Shown here piece after piece: positions 29,815 to 38,882 of a stretch of DNA of 64,000 nucleotides. Both the position numbers and the translations under genes were made by a program. The notes beneath the pieces were generated by a model. It was not told the origin of the DNA. It searched no databases and saw only the letters and a program-made list of their open reading frames with translations. Within the stretch, counting starts at the first letter, position 1. Each line of letters starts with the position of its first letter. The stretch is taken from assembly GCA_934167685.1 (NCBI GenBank), contig CAKPLQ010000001.1, positions 2,624 to 66,623 of the forward strand, in the 5' to 3' direction. The DNA comes from an uncultured Clostridia bacterium (lineage in GTDB: Bacteria > Bacillota > Clostridia > TANB77 > CAG-508).

Positions 29815-30933
29815 ATGGAGGAAGAAATGAAGGTATTATTTTGTATAGATAGTTTAACTAAAGGTGGAGCTGAGAGAGTAATCAGTAATTTAAGTAATTA
29901 TCTAGTAAAAAAAGAAGAAAATGAAATTAATGTATTAACTATTTTAAATACTAAAGTTCAATATGAGTTTGATGAGAGAGTAAAGATTTCTAGTTTGGAA
30001 GATGAAAAAATAGAAAAGTTAAATAAAGTTTCAAAATTTATTCAAAGAATAAAAAAAATGAGACAATATATAAAAGAGAACAATCCTGATGTTATTTTGG
30101 CATTTTTACCATATACATCTTTTATAGTGATGTTGGCTAATAGAAAATTAAAAAAGCCTGTGATTATTTCTGTAAGAAATGACCCAAAAGAAGAATACAA
30201 TTGTAAAAAATATAAAATTTTAAAAGATAAATTCTATCCTAAAGCTGATGGATTTGTATTCCAAACTCAAGAAGCAAAAGAGTTTTTTCAACAGGAAATA
30301 CAAGATAAATCAGTTGTAATAGCTAACCCTATTAATCCAGAGTTTATCGAACCACCATTTGATGGTGAACGTGAAAAAAACATTGTATCAGTTGGAAGAT
30401 TGTATGAACAGAAAAATCAAAAATTATTAATAGATGCTTTTACACAAATTTCTGATGAGTATAAAGACTATAATTTAATAATATATGGAGAAGGATATTT
30501 AAGACAAGAATTAGAAAACCATGTGAAAGAATTAAACATGACTGAAAGAATATCATTACCAGGAAGAGTTGATAATGTAAAAGAAAAAATATATAAGTCA
30601 AGTTTATTTGTATTATCATCAGATTTTGAGGGAATGCCAAATGCATTAATGGAAGCAATGGCTTTAGGTTTGCCAGTTATTTCAACAGATTGCCCATGTG
30701 GAGGACCTAAATTTTTGATAGATAATAACAAAAATGGAATGTTGGTAGAAGTTGGTAATGTAAAAGAATTAAGTCAGGCAATAAAAAAGATGTTGGACAA
30801 TCCGGAAGAGGCAAAAATGATGGGGAATGAAGCAAATAAAATTTCAGAAAGATTAGCACCAGAAAAAATTAATAAATTATGGGAAGATTATATAATAGAA
30901 ATAGCAAAGAATAGGAGAAAAAATGGAAAATAG
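29815..30933 (+). CDS. glycosyltransferase family 4 (GT-B)
   Basis: Has ...SDFEGMPNALMEAMALGLPVISTD... (E-x7-E). The N-terminus LFCIDSLTKGGAERV is typical of GT4. Confidence 0.8.
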   Translation: MEEEMKVLFCIDSLTKGGAERVISNLSNYLVKKEENEINVLTILNTKVQYEFDERVKISSLEDEKIEKLNKVSKFIQRIKKMRQYIKENNPDVILAFLPYTSFIVMLANRKLKKPVIISVRNDPKEEYNCKKYKILKDKFYPKADGFVFQTQEAKEFFQQEIQDKSVVIANPINPEFIEPPFDGEREKNIVSVGRLYEQKNQKLLIDAFTQISDEYKDYNLIIYGEGYLRQELENHVKELNMTERISLPGRVDNVKEKIYKSSLFVLSSDFEGMPNALMEAMALGLPVISTDCPCGGPKFLIDNNKNGMLVEVGNVKELSQAIKKMLDNPEEAKMMGNEANKISERLAPEKINKLWEDYIIEIAKNRRKNGK

Positions 30934-32158
30934 TAAAAATGAAAAAATATTAGACAGTATTAATTTAATTTTAATTTTTCTATTATTTATTTCATACTTA
31001 GGATATAGTTATAATAAAAAGATATATTATGCAATGACTCTAATTACTGCAGTATTTGCAATTGCAAAGTTGATATTTATAGATAAGTTTAAAGTGAAAA
31101 TAAGTAGACATTTTGTGTGGTATTTTTTGTTTTTTATTTTTTCAAGTTTATCTATAATGTGGACCATAGATACAAACTATACTTTTGATGGAATAAAAAA
31201 TGTTTTGTTGATATTAGTAAATATATTTGCTATATTAGAGTATACACAAGACAAAAAAAGAACAATACAAGTGTTAGATATTTATATAATAGCTTGTTTA
31301 TACATGTGTATTAGATTGATATTCTTTGAAACAGCACAACCAAGAGTAACAAATGATTATGGACAAATTTGTGGATTATATTTTAACACAATAGCATTTA
31401 CTTTGGCTATTGGAGTTTTTGTATGTTTATATATGATATTAGAAAAAAAAGAGATAGGTAGAAAAAAATTATTATACTTAATACCAATTGTTATATTTTA
31501 TTACATAATATATGTAACAGGCTCAAGAAAAGGATTATTATTTCCAATAATTGCTAGCCCTGCATTAATTATATTATATATAAGAAAAAACAGAAAAATG
31601 TTAATTAAATCTTTAATTGGCATAGGAATAGCAATAGTAATGATAACAATATTTATATTTACTGATAAGACATTAACAAAAAGAATAATTAATCTTGGTA
31701 AATCTATTGTTGGAATACAAGTGGAAGATAAAAGTGTGGAAGAAAGAAGTTTTTATAGAAAAACTGCTATGCAATTATTTGGAGAAAGTCCAATTATAGG
31801 AAAAGGATTAAATTCCTTTACTGCATATATGGAACAAATAAATTATAAACATGTTGCATACTCACACTGTAATTTTACTGAATTATTATCAAGTCTTGGA
31901 ATAATTGGTTTTGCAATTTATTATATGCAATATATTTATATAATTGTAAAATCTGGAAAAAAGATAAAAGAAAATGATTTGGAAAATATTTTTGCATTAG
32001 TATATGTAATATTAATTAGTATTTTTGAATATGGAATAGTTTCTTATTATGATTTTTCATATCAGATTATACTAGCATTAGTTTTTTCACTTATAGATAA
32101 GTCAGAAAAAATAGATTGTAAAGCTAAAGTTTTAGAAAAATTTTCAAAAAATAAATAA
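30923..32158 (+). CDS. Wzy / O-antigen-ligase-family polytopic membrane protein (repeat-unit polymerase of module B)
   Basis: 411 aa with about 10 transmembrane helices and a larger periplasmic loop near the C-terminal third. It lies between the GTs and wzx. Confidence 0.55.
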   Translation: MENSKNEKILDSINLILIFLLFISYLGYSYNKKIYYAMTLITAVFAIAKLIFIDKFKVKISRHFVWYFLFFIFSSLSIMWTIDTNYTFDGIKNVLLILVNIFAILEYTQDKKRTIQVLDIYIIACLYMCIRLIFFETAQPRVTNDYGQICGLYFNTIAFTLAIGVFVCLYMILEKKEIGRKKLLYLIPIVIFYYIIYVTGSRKGLLFPIIASPALIILYIRKNRKMLIKSLIGIGIAIVMITIFIFTDKTLTKRIINLGKSIVGIQVEDKSVEERSFYRKTAMQLFGESPIIGKGLNSFTAYMEQINYKHVAYSHCNFTELLSSLGIIGFAIYYMQYIYIIVKSGKKIKENDLENIFALVYVILISIFEYGIVSYYDFSYQIILALVFSLIDKSEKIDCKAKVLEKFSKNK

Positions 32159-32194
32159 TGAGTGAAAAGTCACTCGCAAATGAAAGGTGAAAAA

Positions 32195-33710
32195 ATGAGA
32201 AGCAAAAAAGCAATAAAAAATATAATTGCATCATTATTGCAACAGGCAATAACAATAATATGTGGGTTAATATTACCTAGAGCCATTATAAAGACATATG
32301 GCTCTAGTGTAAATGGTTTAGTTTCATCTATAACACAATTTTTAGCATATATAGTGTTATTAGAAGCGGGAATTGGACCAGTAATAAAATCAGTTTTATA
32401 TAAACCAATAGCTAATAATGATAAGGAACAAATAGAAAAAATTTTAAAATCTGCACAAAGATTTTTTAATGTAATTTCATATATTTTTATAGCATATCTA
32501 TGTGTATTGTGTTTTGTGTATCCAAGATTAGTTAATAATGAATTTTCAACAGGTTATACGGTATCATTATTATTGATAATCTCAATAAGCACATTTGCTG
32601 AATACTTTTTTGGGATGGTGTATAATTTGTATTTACAGGCAGACCAAAAAACATATGTTACAACTAATATACAAAGTGCTACAACAATATTAAATACGGT
32701 TTTATGTATTGTTTTGATAAAACTTGGAATGAGTATACAAATTGTAAAACTTGTTAGTGCATTTGTTTTTGTGCTTAGACCAATTCTTCAAAATTTATAT
32801 GTAAGAAAGAAATATAATATAAATTTAAGAAATGTAAAAGAAAAATATGAATTAAAACAAAAATGGGATGGTTTAGTTCAGCATATTGCATCTGTAATTC
32901 ATGATAATACAGATGTTACACTATTAACAATATTAGGGGAGACTAAAGAAATTTCGGTATATTCAGTATATTTGTTAGTATTAAAAGGTATAAAAAGTTT
33001 AGCACAATCTCTTGTAAATGGTGTTATTGCATCATTTCGGAAATATGTATGCTAAAAATGAACATGAAAGTTTAAATAGAAGTTTTAATATATATGAATT
33101 ATTTTATTTTACAATGATAACTATTATATTTTCTTGTACGATGTGTTTGATAATACCATTTGTAAAAGTATATACAATAGGAATTGTTGATGTGAACTAT
33201 GTTAGACCATTGTTTGCTTGCTTAATTGTAATTGCAGAATATATGTGGGCAATAAGACAACCATATAGTGGTATAACATTAGCCGTTGGGCATTTTAAGG
33301 AAACAAGAAAAGGGGCATGGGTTGAAACATTAACGAATATAGTAGTTTCTTCTGTATTAGTGGTGAAACTAGGACTTGTTGGAGTTGCTATAGGTACTCT
33401 AGTGGCTATGACAATTAGAACTATTGAATTTATGTATCATTCTGCAAAATATATCTTGAAAAGAAAGCAAATAAATGGCTTTTTACATTTAGGAATTGCT
33501 TCTATAGAAATAACTACAATATATTTTATTGTTAATTGTATAATAAAAAAAGTAGTATTTACAAGTTATATTGTATGGATGAAATATGCAATAATTTCAG
33601 CAATAATTTCATCAATAATAACAATAGGAATTAATTGTGCTGTGTATAGAAATGAGACAAAAGGTATAATTGATATAATAAAAAAGAATTTAAAAAGAAA
33701 AGAGGTTTAA
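32195..33710 (+). pseudogene. wzx flippase gene interrupted by a +1/-1 frameshift near 33018-33055 (split into 297-aa and 230-aa ORFs)
   Basis: ORF 1 (...SLVNGVIASFRKYVC*) and ORF 2 (HHFGNMYAKNEHESLNRSFNIYELFYF...) are collinear with the intact Wzx at 17647 (...LGREYALNNREKLLKMYDFIEFMFF...). The two frames overlap by 38 nt. The combined length of about 510 aa equals that of the intact paralog. Confidence 0.6.
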
Positions 33711-33711
33711 C

Positions 33712-34686
33712 ATGAAAACGTATTTTATTACAGGTGGAGCAGGATTTATAGGTTCAAGCTTAACAAAAAAATTGTTAGAAAATGGTGACAAAGTAGTAAC
33801 AATCGATAATTTTTGTGACTTTTATAACCCAAAAATAAAAGAGAAAAATGTTAAAGAATTTGAAGAAAATGAAAATTATAAAATGTATAAAGCCGATATT
33901 AGAGATAGACAAATTATAAGACAAATATTTGATGAAAATAAAATAGATATTGTAATGCATTTGGCTGCTATGGCAGGTGTAAGACCATCAATAGAAAATC
34001 CAATACTATATCAAGAAGTAAATTGCCTAGGAACACAGAATATTTTAGAAGAAATGAAAGAACATAATGTTAAGAATTTGGTAATGGCATCATCAAGTAG
34101 TGTGTATGGAAATTGCAAAGAGGTTCCATTTAGAGAAGATATGATTGTAGATTTTGCAATAAGTCCTTATGCGGCAACCAAAAAAGCAAATGAAGTAATG
34201 ACACATGTATATCATAAGTTATTCAATATGAATGTAATGATGTTGAGATTTTTTACTGTTTATGGTCCTAAACAGAGACCTGATTTAGCAATAAACAAAT
34301 TTACACGTTTAATGCTAAATGATGAGGAAATTCCAATGTTTGGAGATGGAACAACATCAAGAGATTATACTTATATAGATGATATAGTTGATGGAATAAG
34401 AAAATCATGTGAGTATTGTATGAATAATGAAAATACATATGAAATATTAAATATTGGAAATTCTTCACCAGTGACATTGAAAGAAATGATTATGACTATA
34501 GGAAAGGCATTAGGAAAGCAACCTAAAATAAAACAATTGCCAATGCAACCAGGAGATGTTGATAGAACATTTGCAGATATTAGCAAAGCTAAAAAATTAA
34601 TAGGATATGAGCCAAGGGTATCTTTTGAACATGGAATAACAAATTTTGTAGAATGGTATAAAAAGAATTTTGAAATGTATATATAA
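33712..34686 (+). CDS. NAD-dependent epimerase/dehydratase, UDP-glucuronate 4-epimerase-like (second copy)
   Basis: Has GGAGFIGSSL, YAATKKANE and FFTVYGPKQRPDLA. About 40% identical over its full length to the 19192 paralog. Confidence 0.7.
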   Translation: MKTYFITGGAGFIGSSLTKKLLENGDKVVTIDNFCDFYNPKIKEKNVKEFEENENYKMYKADIRDRQIIRQIFDENKIDIVMHLAAMAGVRPSIENPILYQEVNCLGTQNILEEMKEHNVKNLVMASSSSVYGNCKEVPFREDMIVDFAISPYAATKKANEVMTHVYHKLFNMNVMMLRFFTVYGPKQRPDLAINKFTRLMLNDEEIPMFGDGTTSRDYTYIDDIVDGIRKSCEYCMNNENTYEILNIGNSSPVTLKEMIMTIGKALGKQPKIKQLPMQPGDVDRTFADISKAKKLIGYEPRVSFEHGITNFVEWYKKNFEMYI

Positions 34687-34708
34687 ATGAGAGGAGACAT
34701 AGTTTACG

Positions 34709-36031
34709 ATGAAAATAACGGTAGCTGGAACAGGATATGTTGGATTAGTGGCTGGGGTATGTTTTGCTGAGAAAGGCCATAACGTATTATGTGTAGATGT
34801 AGATGAAAATAAAGTAAAATTAATGAAACAGGGAAAATCTCCAATATATGAAGAGGGATTAGAAGAACTACTTGCTAAAAATTATAAAGAAGGAAGATTA
34901 GATTTTACAACAGATTATAAAATGGCATATAAGGATGCTGACGCAATATTTATAGGAGTTGGAACACCTGAACAACCAGATGGTTCTGCAAATCTAAGTT
35001 ATGTAGCAACAGTGTCAAGACAGATTGCTGAAAGTGTCGAAAAAGATTGTATTGTTGTTGTAAAATCAACAGTTCCAATAGGAACTAATGATAAGGTAGA
35101 ACAATTTATAGAAGATTCTTTGGTACATGATGTAAAAATTGAGGTAGCAAGTAATCCAGAATTTTTAGCTCAAGGACGAGCTGTAAAAGACACATTAGAA
35201 GCTAAAAGAATTGTAATAGGTACAGAATCTGAAAATGCTGAAAAAGTTTTAAGAGAAATTTATAAACCATTTAATTTACCAATAGTGTCTGTAAATAGAA
35301 GAAGTGCAGAAATGATTAAATATGCATCAAATGATTTTCTAGCATTAAAAATTTCGTATATGAATGATATTGCAAATTTATGTGAATTAGTTGGAGCAGA
35401 TATAGAAGATGTTGCTAGAGGAATGAGTTATGACCTAAGAATAGGAGCAAATTTCCTAAATGCTGGTATTGGATATGGAGGAAGCTGTTTTCCTAAAGAT
35501 ACAAAAGCTTTGAAATATTTGGCAAATCAACATGGATATGAACTAAAAACAGTTGAAGCTGCTGTTGATGTTAATACTGCACAAAAAACAAAATTATTCA
35601 GAAAAGCGTCAAAAAGAATGATAACATTCAAGGGACTAAAAATTGCAATATTAGGATTGACATTTAAACCAGGTACAGATGATTTACGAGAGGCACCTTC
35701 ATTAGATAATGTAAAATTGCTATTAGAAAGTGGAGCTGATAATATATATGCATATGACCCCGTAGGAATTGAGAATTTTAAAAAGAAATATCCAGATGAA
35801 TTAAAATATGTTGAAACACCAGAAGAAGCTCTTGAAAATGCTAATATATGTTTTATATTTACTGAATGGAATGAAATAAAATCTATAAAACCAGAAACAT
35901 ATAAGAAATTGATGAAAACACCATTAGTGTATGACGGAAGAAATATATATCAAGGTAAAGATATGCAAAAAGAAGGAATAGAATATTATTCTATTGGAAG
36001 ACAAGATGTAAATAGCAAAAAATTAGATTAA
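34709..36031 (+). CDS. UDP-glucose 6-dehydrogenase, long (~440-aa, TuaD/YwqF-like) form
   Basis: Has MKITVAGTGYVGLV and the catalytic cysteine region GYGGSCFPKDT, plus a C-terminal UDP-binding domain. RBS GAGGAG. Confidence 0.8.
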   Translation: MKITVAGTGYVGLVAGVCFAEKGHNVLCVDVDENKVKLMKQGKSPIYEEGLEELLAKNYKEGRLDFTTDYKMAYKDADAIFIGVGTPEQPDGSANLSYVATVSRQIAESVEKDCIVVVKSTVPIGTNDKVEQFIEDSLVHDVKIEVASNPEFLAQGRAVKDTLEAKRIVIGTESENAEKVLREIYKPFNLPIVSVNRRSAEMIKYASNDFLALKISYMNDIANLCELVGADIEDVARGMSYDLRIGANFLNAGIGYGGSCFPKDTKALKYLANQHGYELKTVEAAVDVNTAQKTKLFRKASKRMITFKGLKIAILGLTFKPGTDDLREAPSLDNVKLLLESGADNIYAYDPVGIENFKKKYPDELKYVETPEEALENANICFIFTEWNEIKSIKPETYKKLMKTPLVYDGRNIYQGKDMQKEGIEYYSIGRQDVNSKKLD

Positions 36032-36054
36032 CCCAAAAGAAAAGAGGTATAGAT

Positions 36055-37113
36055 ATGGGAAAACATAGTGAAGAAAAAACAAAAACAAAATCAAAGGCGC
36101 TAAAAGTATTTTTGAGAATATTGTTAGTATTATTAATAATATTTGTGATATTAGCAGGGATTGCAGCAGGATTTATTGCCAATAAACTTGGTAAAATTAA
36201 TGTAGAAGAAATAGATGAGACAGCAATAGGAATAAGTGAAGAAACCAAGGAAGAATTATCTGGGTATAGAAATATTGCGTTATTAGGAATAGATAGTAGA
36301 GCAGATGATTATGGATTAGGCAATAGAAGTGATTGTATGATAATAGCAAGTTTAGACCAAAAAACAAAAAATATCAAACTAATTTCAGTATATAGAGATA
36401 CTTATATGCAAGTAGAAGAACACGGAAAACAAGTTTTAGATAAAGTAACACATGCATATTCATATGGAGGAGCACAAAATACGTTAAAAGCTTTAAATAC
36501 AAACTTGGACTTAAATATATCTGAATATGTTACAGTGAATTTTGATGCAGTTATTGCAGCTGTTGATGCAATGGGAGGAGTAACTATTGATATTGATAGT
36601 TCTGAAATAAAATATATTAATGATTATATAGAAGCAACTTCACAAAGTTCTGGAGTAAAATCTTCTCAAATTACAAAAACAGGAAAGCAAACTTTAGATG
36701 GTGTTCAAGCTGTTGCATATTCGAGAATTAGGTATACTGCTGGTGGAGATTATAAAAGAACAGAAAGAATGAGGACAGTTATAGAGGCAATGTTATCAAA
36801 AGCCAAAACTTTGAGTGTTGGAAAATTAAACAAATTAGTAGATACAATTTTACCAAAGATAAGCACCAACATTTCTTCAACAGAAATATTAGGTTTAGCA
36901 CCAAGCATTGCATCATACAATATAACAGACAGTTTAGGTTGGCCATATGAAACAAAAGGAATAACATTAGATAGATGGTATGGAGTTCCTATAACACTTC
37001 AGAGCAATGTAGAACAATTGCACAAAGAAGTATTTGACCAGAAAGATTATGTTGCAAATGATACAATAAAAGATATAAGCAATCAGATTATAAAAAAGAC
37101 AAATTATAAATAA
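36055..37113 (+). CDS. LytR-CpsA-Psr (LCP) family glycopolymer-to-peptidoglycan ligase
   Basis: Has a cytoplasmic Lys-rich N-terminus, one transmembrane helix and an LCP domain with ...NIALLGIDSRADDYGLGNRSDCMIIASLD... and ...YSRIRYTAGGDYKRTERMRTV... Confidence 0.85.
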   Translation: MGKHSEEKTKTKSKALKVFLRILLVLLIIFVILAGIAAGFIANKLGKINVEEIDETAIGISEETKEELSGYRNIALLGIDSRADDYGLGNRSDCMIIASLDQKTKNIKLISVYRDTYMQVEEHGKQVLDKVTHAYSYGGAQNTLKALNTNLDLNISEYVTVNFDAVIAAVDAMGGVTIDIDSSEIKYINDYIEATSQSSGVKSSQITKTGKQTLDGVQAVAYSRIRYTAGGDYKRTERMRTVIEAMLSKAKTLSVGKLNKLVDTILPKISTNISSTEILGLAPSIASYNITDSLGWPYETKGITLDRWYGVPITLQSNVEQLHKEVFDQKDYVANDTIKDISNQIIKKTNYK

Positions 37114-37117
37114 CAGA

Positions 37118-37146
37118 AAAGGCAGGAGCACATCTCCTGCCTTTAT
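37118..37146. terminator. bidirectional rho-independent terminator between the convergent LCP and SASP genes
   Basis: Perfect 11-bp stem AAAGGCAGGAG-cacat-CTCCTGCCTTT, with T-runs on both strands. Confidence 0.7.
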
Positions 37147-37276
37147 GTATGCTCAAACAAAAAACATATATAAAATCAAGAAAAATACTTCTACCATTAC
37201 TTATATTATATGCAAATAATGCACAAATATACATATTTAGAATATGATTAGTAAATATTAAGCGTAACTAGTAAAA

Positions 37277-37486
37277 TTACTTATTAGCCATATTATTTTC
37301 AACTTGTTGAATCATTTTTCTAACCATATTTCCACCTATTTTACCAGCATCTTTAGCTGATATATCACCATTGTACCCATCTTTTAAAGTTACACCTACT
37401 TCTGAAGCAACTTCATATTTAAATTTATCTAAAGCGCTCATAGCTTCTGGAACTAATTTTTTGTTACTATTGTTTGAGTTTGCCAT
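37277..37486 (-). CDS. alpha/beta-type small acid-soluble spore protein (SASP)
   Basis: MANSNNSNKKLVPEAMSALDKFKYEVASEVGV...GGNMVRKMIQQ carries both conserved SASP alpha/beta blocks. RBS AGGAGGTG. The ORF track start (MKNM...) is a GTG inside the RBS. Confidence 0.85.
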   Translation of the reverse strand: MANSNNSNKKLVPEAMSALDKFKYEVASEVGVTLKDGYNGDISAKDAGKIGGNMVRKMIQQVENNMANK

Positions 37487-37526
37487 GTTTTTCACCTCCT
37501 GTTATATATAACATTTAATTGTTTTG

Positions 37527-37557
37527 TTTAGAAAAAACTATTGCTTTTTCTAAACTT
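37527..37557. promoter_or_regulatory. perfect 11-bp inverted repeat GTTTAGAAAAA-8nt-TTTTTCTAAAC in the SASP / cof divergent control region
   Basis: Seen directly in the sequence, about 40-70 nt upstream of the SASP start on the minus strand. Possible operator or RNA hairpin. Confidence 0.35.
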
Positions 37558-37621
37558 ATGATATACAATTTTTTTGAAAATACACAGGAAATTTTTTGAA
37601 AAAAGTTTTAAAATGTTAAAT

Positions 37622-37702
37622 TGCACGTTTGGGACCGGTTCTTAACGGTGCAGTATTATAATTAGAAAAAATGCACCGTTAAGAACCGGTCCCAACGGTG
37701 CA
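37622..37702. repeat. palindromic repeat element copy B (hairpin dimer: unit - 19-nt A-rich loop - inverted unit)
   Basis: TGCACGTTTGGGACCGGTTCTTAACGGTGCA ... TGCACCGTTAAGAACCGGTCCCAACGGTGCA. It ends 22 nt before the cof-like start codon. Confidence 0.85.
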
Positions 37703-37724
37703 AAAAAGAAAGGAAAAAATAATT

Positions 37725-38681
37725 ATGTATAAATTAGCAACAATAGACTTAGATGGAACAATGTTAAATCAGTATGGAGTAGTAACAAACAGAACTAAAG
37801 AGGCAATAAAGAAAGCCAAAGAAAGAGGAATAGAAACAATAATTGCATCAGGCAGGCCAATAGATTCAATAAAGACAATTGCGCAAGAGATTGAAAGTGA
37901 TAAATATTTTATTTCTGGCAATGGAGCCATAATATATGATATTCAAAAAGATGAAATTATATACGAAAATACTCTAAAAAAATCGAAAGTTTTAGATATA
38001 ATCAAAATTTGTGAAGAAAATAGTATATATTATAATATTTATACAGAAAAAGAAATATTAGCAAAAAACCTACAGTGCAATGTTTTGTATTACTACAAAG
38101 AAAATTTGAACAAAGCAGAAAAGGATAAAACACATATAACTTTGATTGATGATATATATAAATATATAAGTGAAAGAGAAGAAAAGATTTTGAAAATAAC
38201 TGTATGTGATAGCACAAGAATAATATTCAATTCAATAATACGAAAATTAAAAGAAATAGATGAGGTAGAAGTATTGGACGTGTCACATATGTCAAGAAAA
38301 ATCATAAAGCAAGGAACAGAAGAGATACCAATAGAATATTTTTATACCGAAATTTCGGCTAAAAATGTCGATAAATGGAACGCAATACAAGTTTTAAAAG
38401 AAATTATGAATATAAAAACAGAGGAAATTATTGCAATAGGTGACAACATTAATGATAAAAAAATGATAGAAAATGCAGGATTGGGAATAGCAATGGGGCA
38501 AAGTACACCGCAAATAAAAGAAATAGCAAATCAGATTACAGATTCGAATTGCGAAGATGGTGTGGCTACGTTTTTAGAAAAGTGCACCGATGAGAACCGG
38601 TCCCAACGGTGCAAAAAATTGCACGGCAGAGAACCGGTCCCAACGGTGCAAACCTATAATTTTAAGGAAATGCACCGATAA
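37725..38681 (+). CDS. Cof-type HAD-IIB phosphatase with a repeat-derived C-terminal extension
   Basis: The N-terminal YKLATIDLDGTMLNQYGVVTNRTKEAIKKAKERGIETIIASGRP is HAD motif I/II. Near the C-terminus, ...IAIGDNINDKKMIENAGLGIAMGQS... is motif IV. The last ~34 codons (CTDENRSQRCKKLHGREPVPTVQTYNFKEMHR) are translated from the repeat array. Confidence 0.75.
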   Translation: MYKLATIDLDGTMLNQYGVVTNRTKEAIKKAKERGIETIIASGRPIDSIKTIAQEIESDKYFISGNGAIIYDIQKDEIIYENTLKKSKVLDIIKICEENSIYYNIYTEKEILAKNLQCNVLYYYKENLNKAEKDKTHITLIDDIYKYISEREEKILKITVCDSTRIIFNSIIRKLKEIDEVEVLDVSHMSRKIIKQGTEEIPIEYFYTEISAKNVDKWNAIQVLKEIMNIKTEEIIAIGDNINDKKMIENAGLGIAMGQSTPQIKEIANQITDSNCEDGVATFLEKCTDENRSQRCKKLHGREPVPTVQTYNFKEMHR

Positions 38682-38755
38682 GAACCGGTCCCAAACGTGC
38701 AAAAAGATGCCAAAAAAACAAAAATGCACGGCAGAGAACCGGTCCCAACGGTGCA
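38583..38755. repeat. array of four direct copies of the 31-nt GAACCGGTCCC-core unit (copy C1-C4) separated by 6-, 20- and 23-nt spacers
   Basis: Units are at 38583-38613, 38620-38650, 38671-38701 and 38725-38755, all in the same orientation. They overlap the 3' end of the cof-like ORF. Confidence 0.85.
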
Positions 38756-38882
38756 ATATTACAAAAATATTACAAAAATATTAAATTTATATTACAATAC
38801 ATGTATAATGTTGATTTTAGATGTAAAAAGAGGTAAAATTAATAAAGATAGCAATTAATGCGAAAATAAGGAGGAAATAAAG

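Noticed and set aside
37277-37495. SASP start at 37495 (MKNMANS...) as given by the ORF track
   Set aside because: The first codon is a GTG that forms part of the AGGAGGTG Shine-Dalgarno. The ATG at 37486 (MANSNN...) is the likely start.
38583-38755. Possible CRISPR array (four ~31-nt repeats with unique spacers)
   Set aside because: The spacers are only 6, 20 and 23 nt and are irregular. The repeat is strongly self-palindromic and identical to dispersed intergenic copies at five other loci. There is no leader, and no cas genes lie anywhere in the window. It is better explained as a REP/MITE-like repeat cluster.
38574-38784. Two overlapping 60-64-aa ORFs on opposite strands (38574-38756 minus, 38590-38784 plus)
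   Set aside because: Both consist entirely of translated repeat units (...DRFSAVHF... / ...ENRSQRCK...). They are artefacts of the repeat array.
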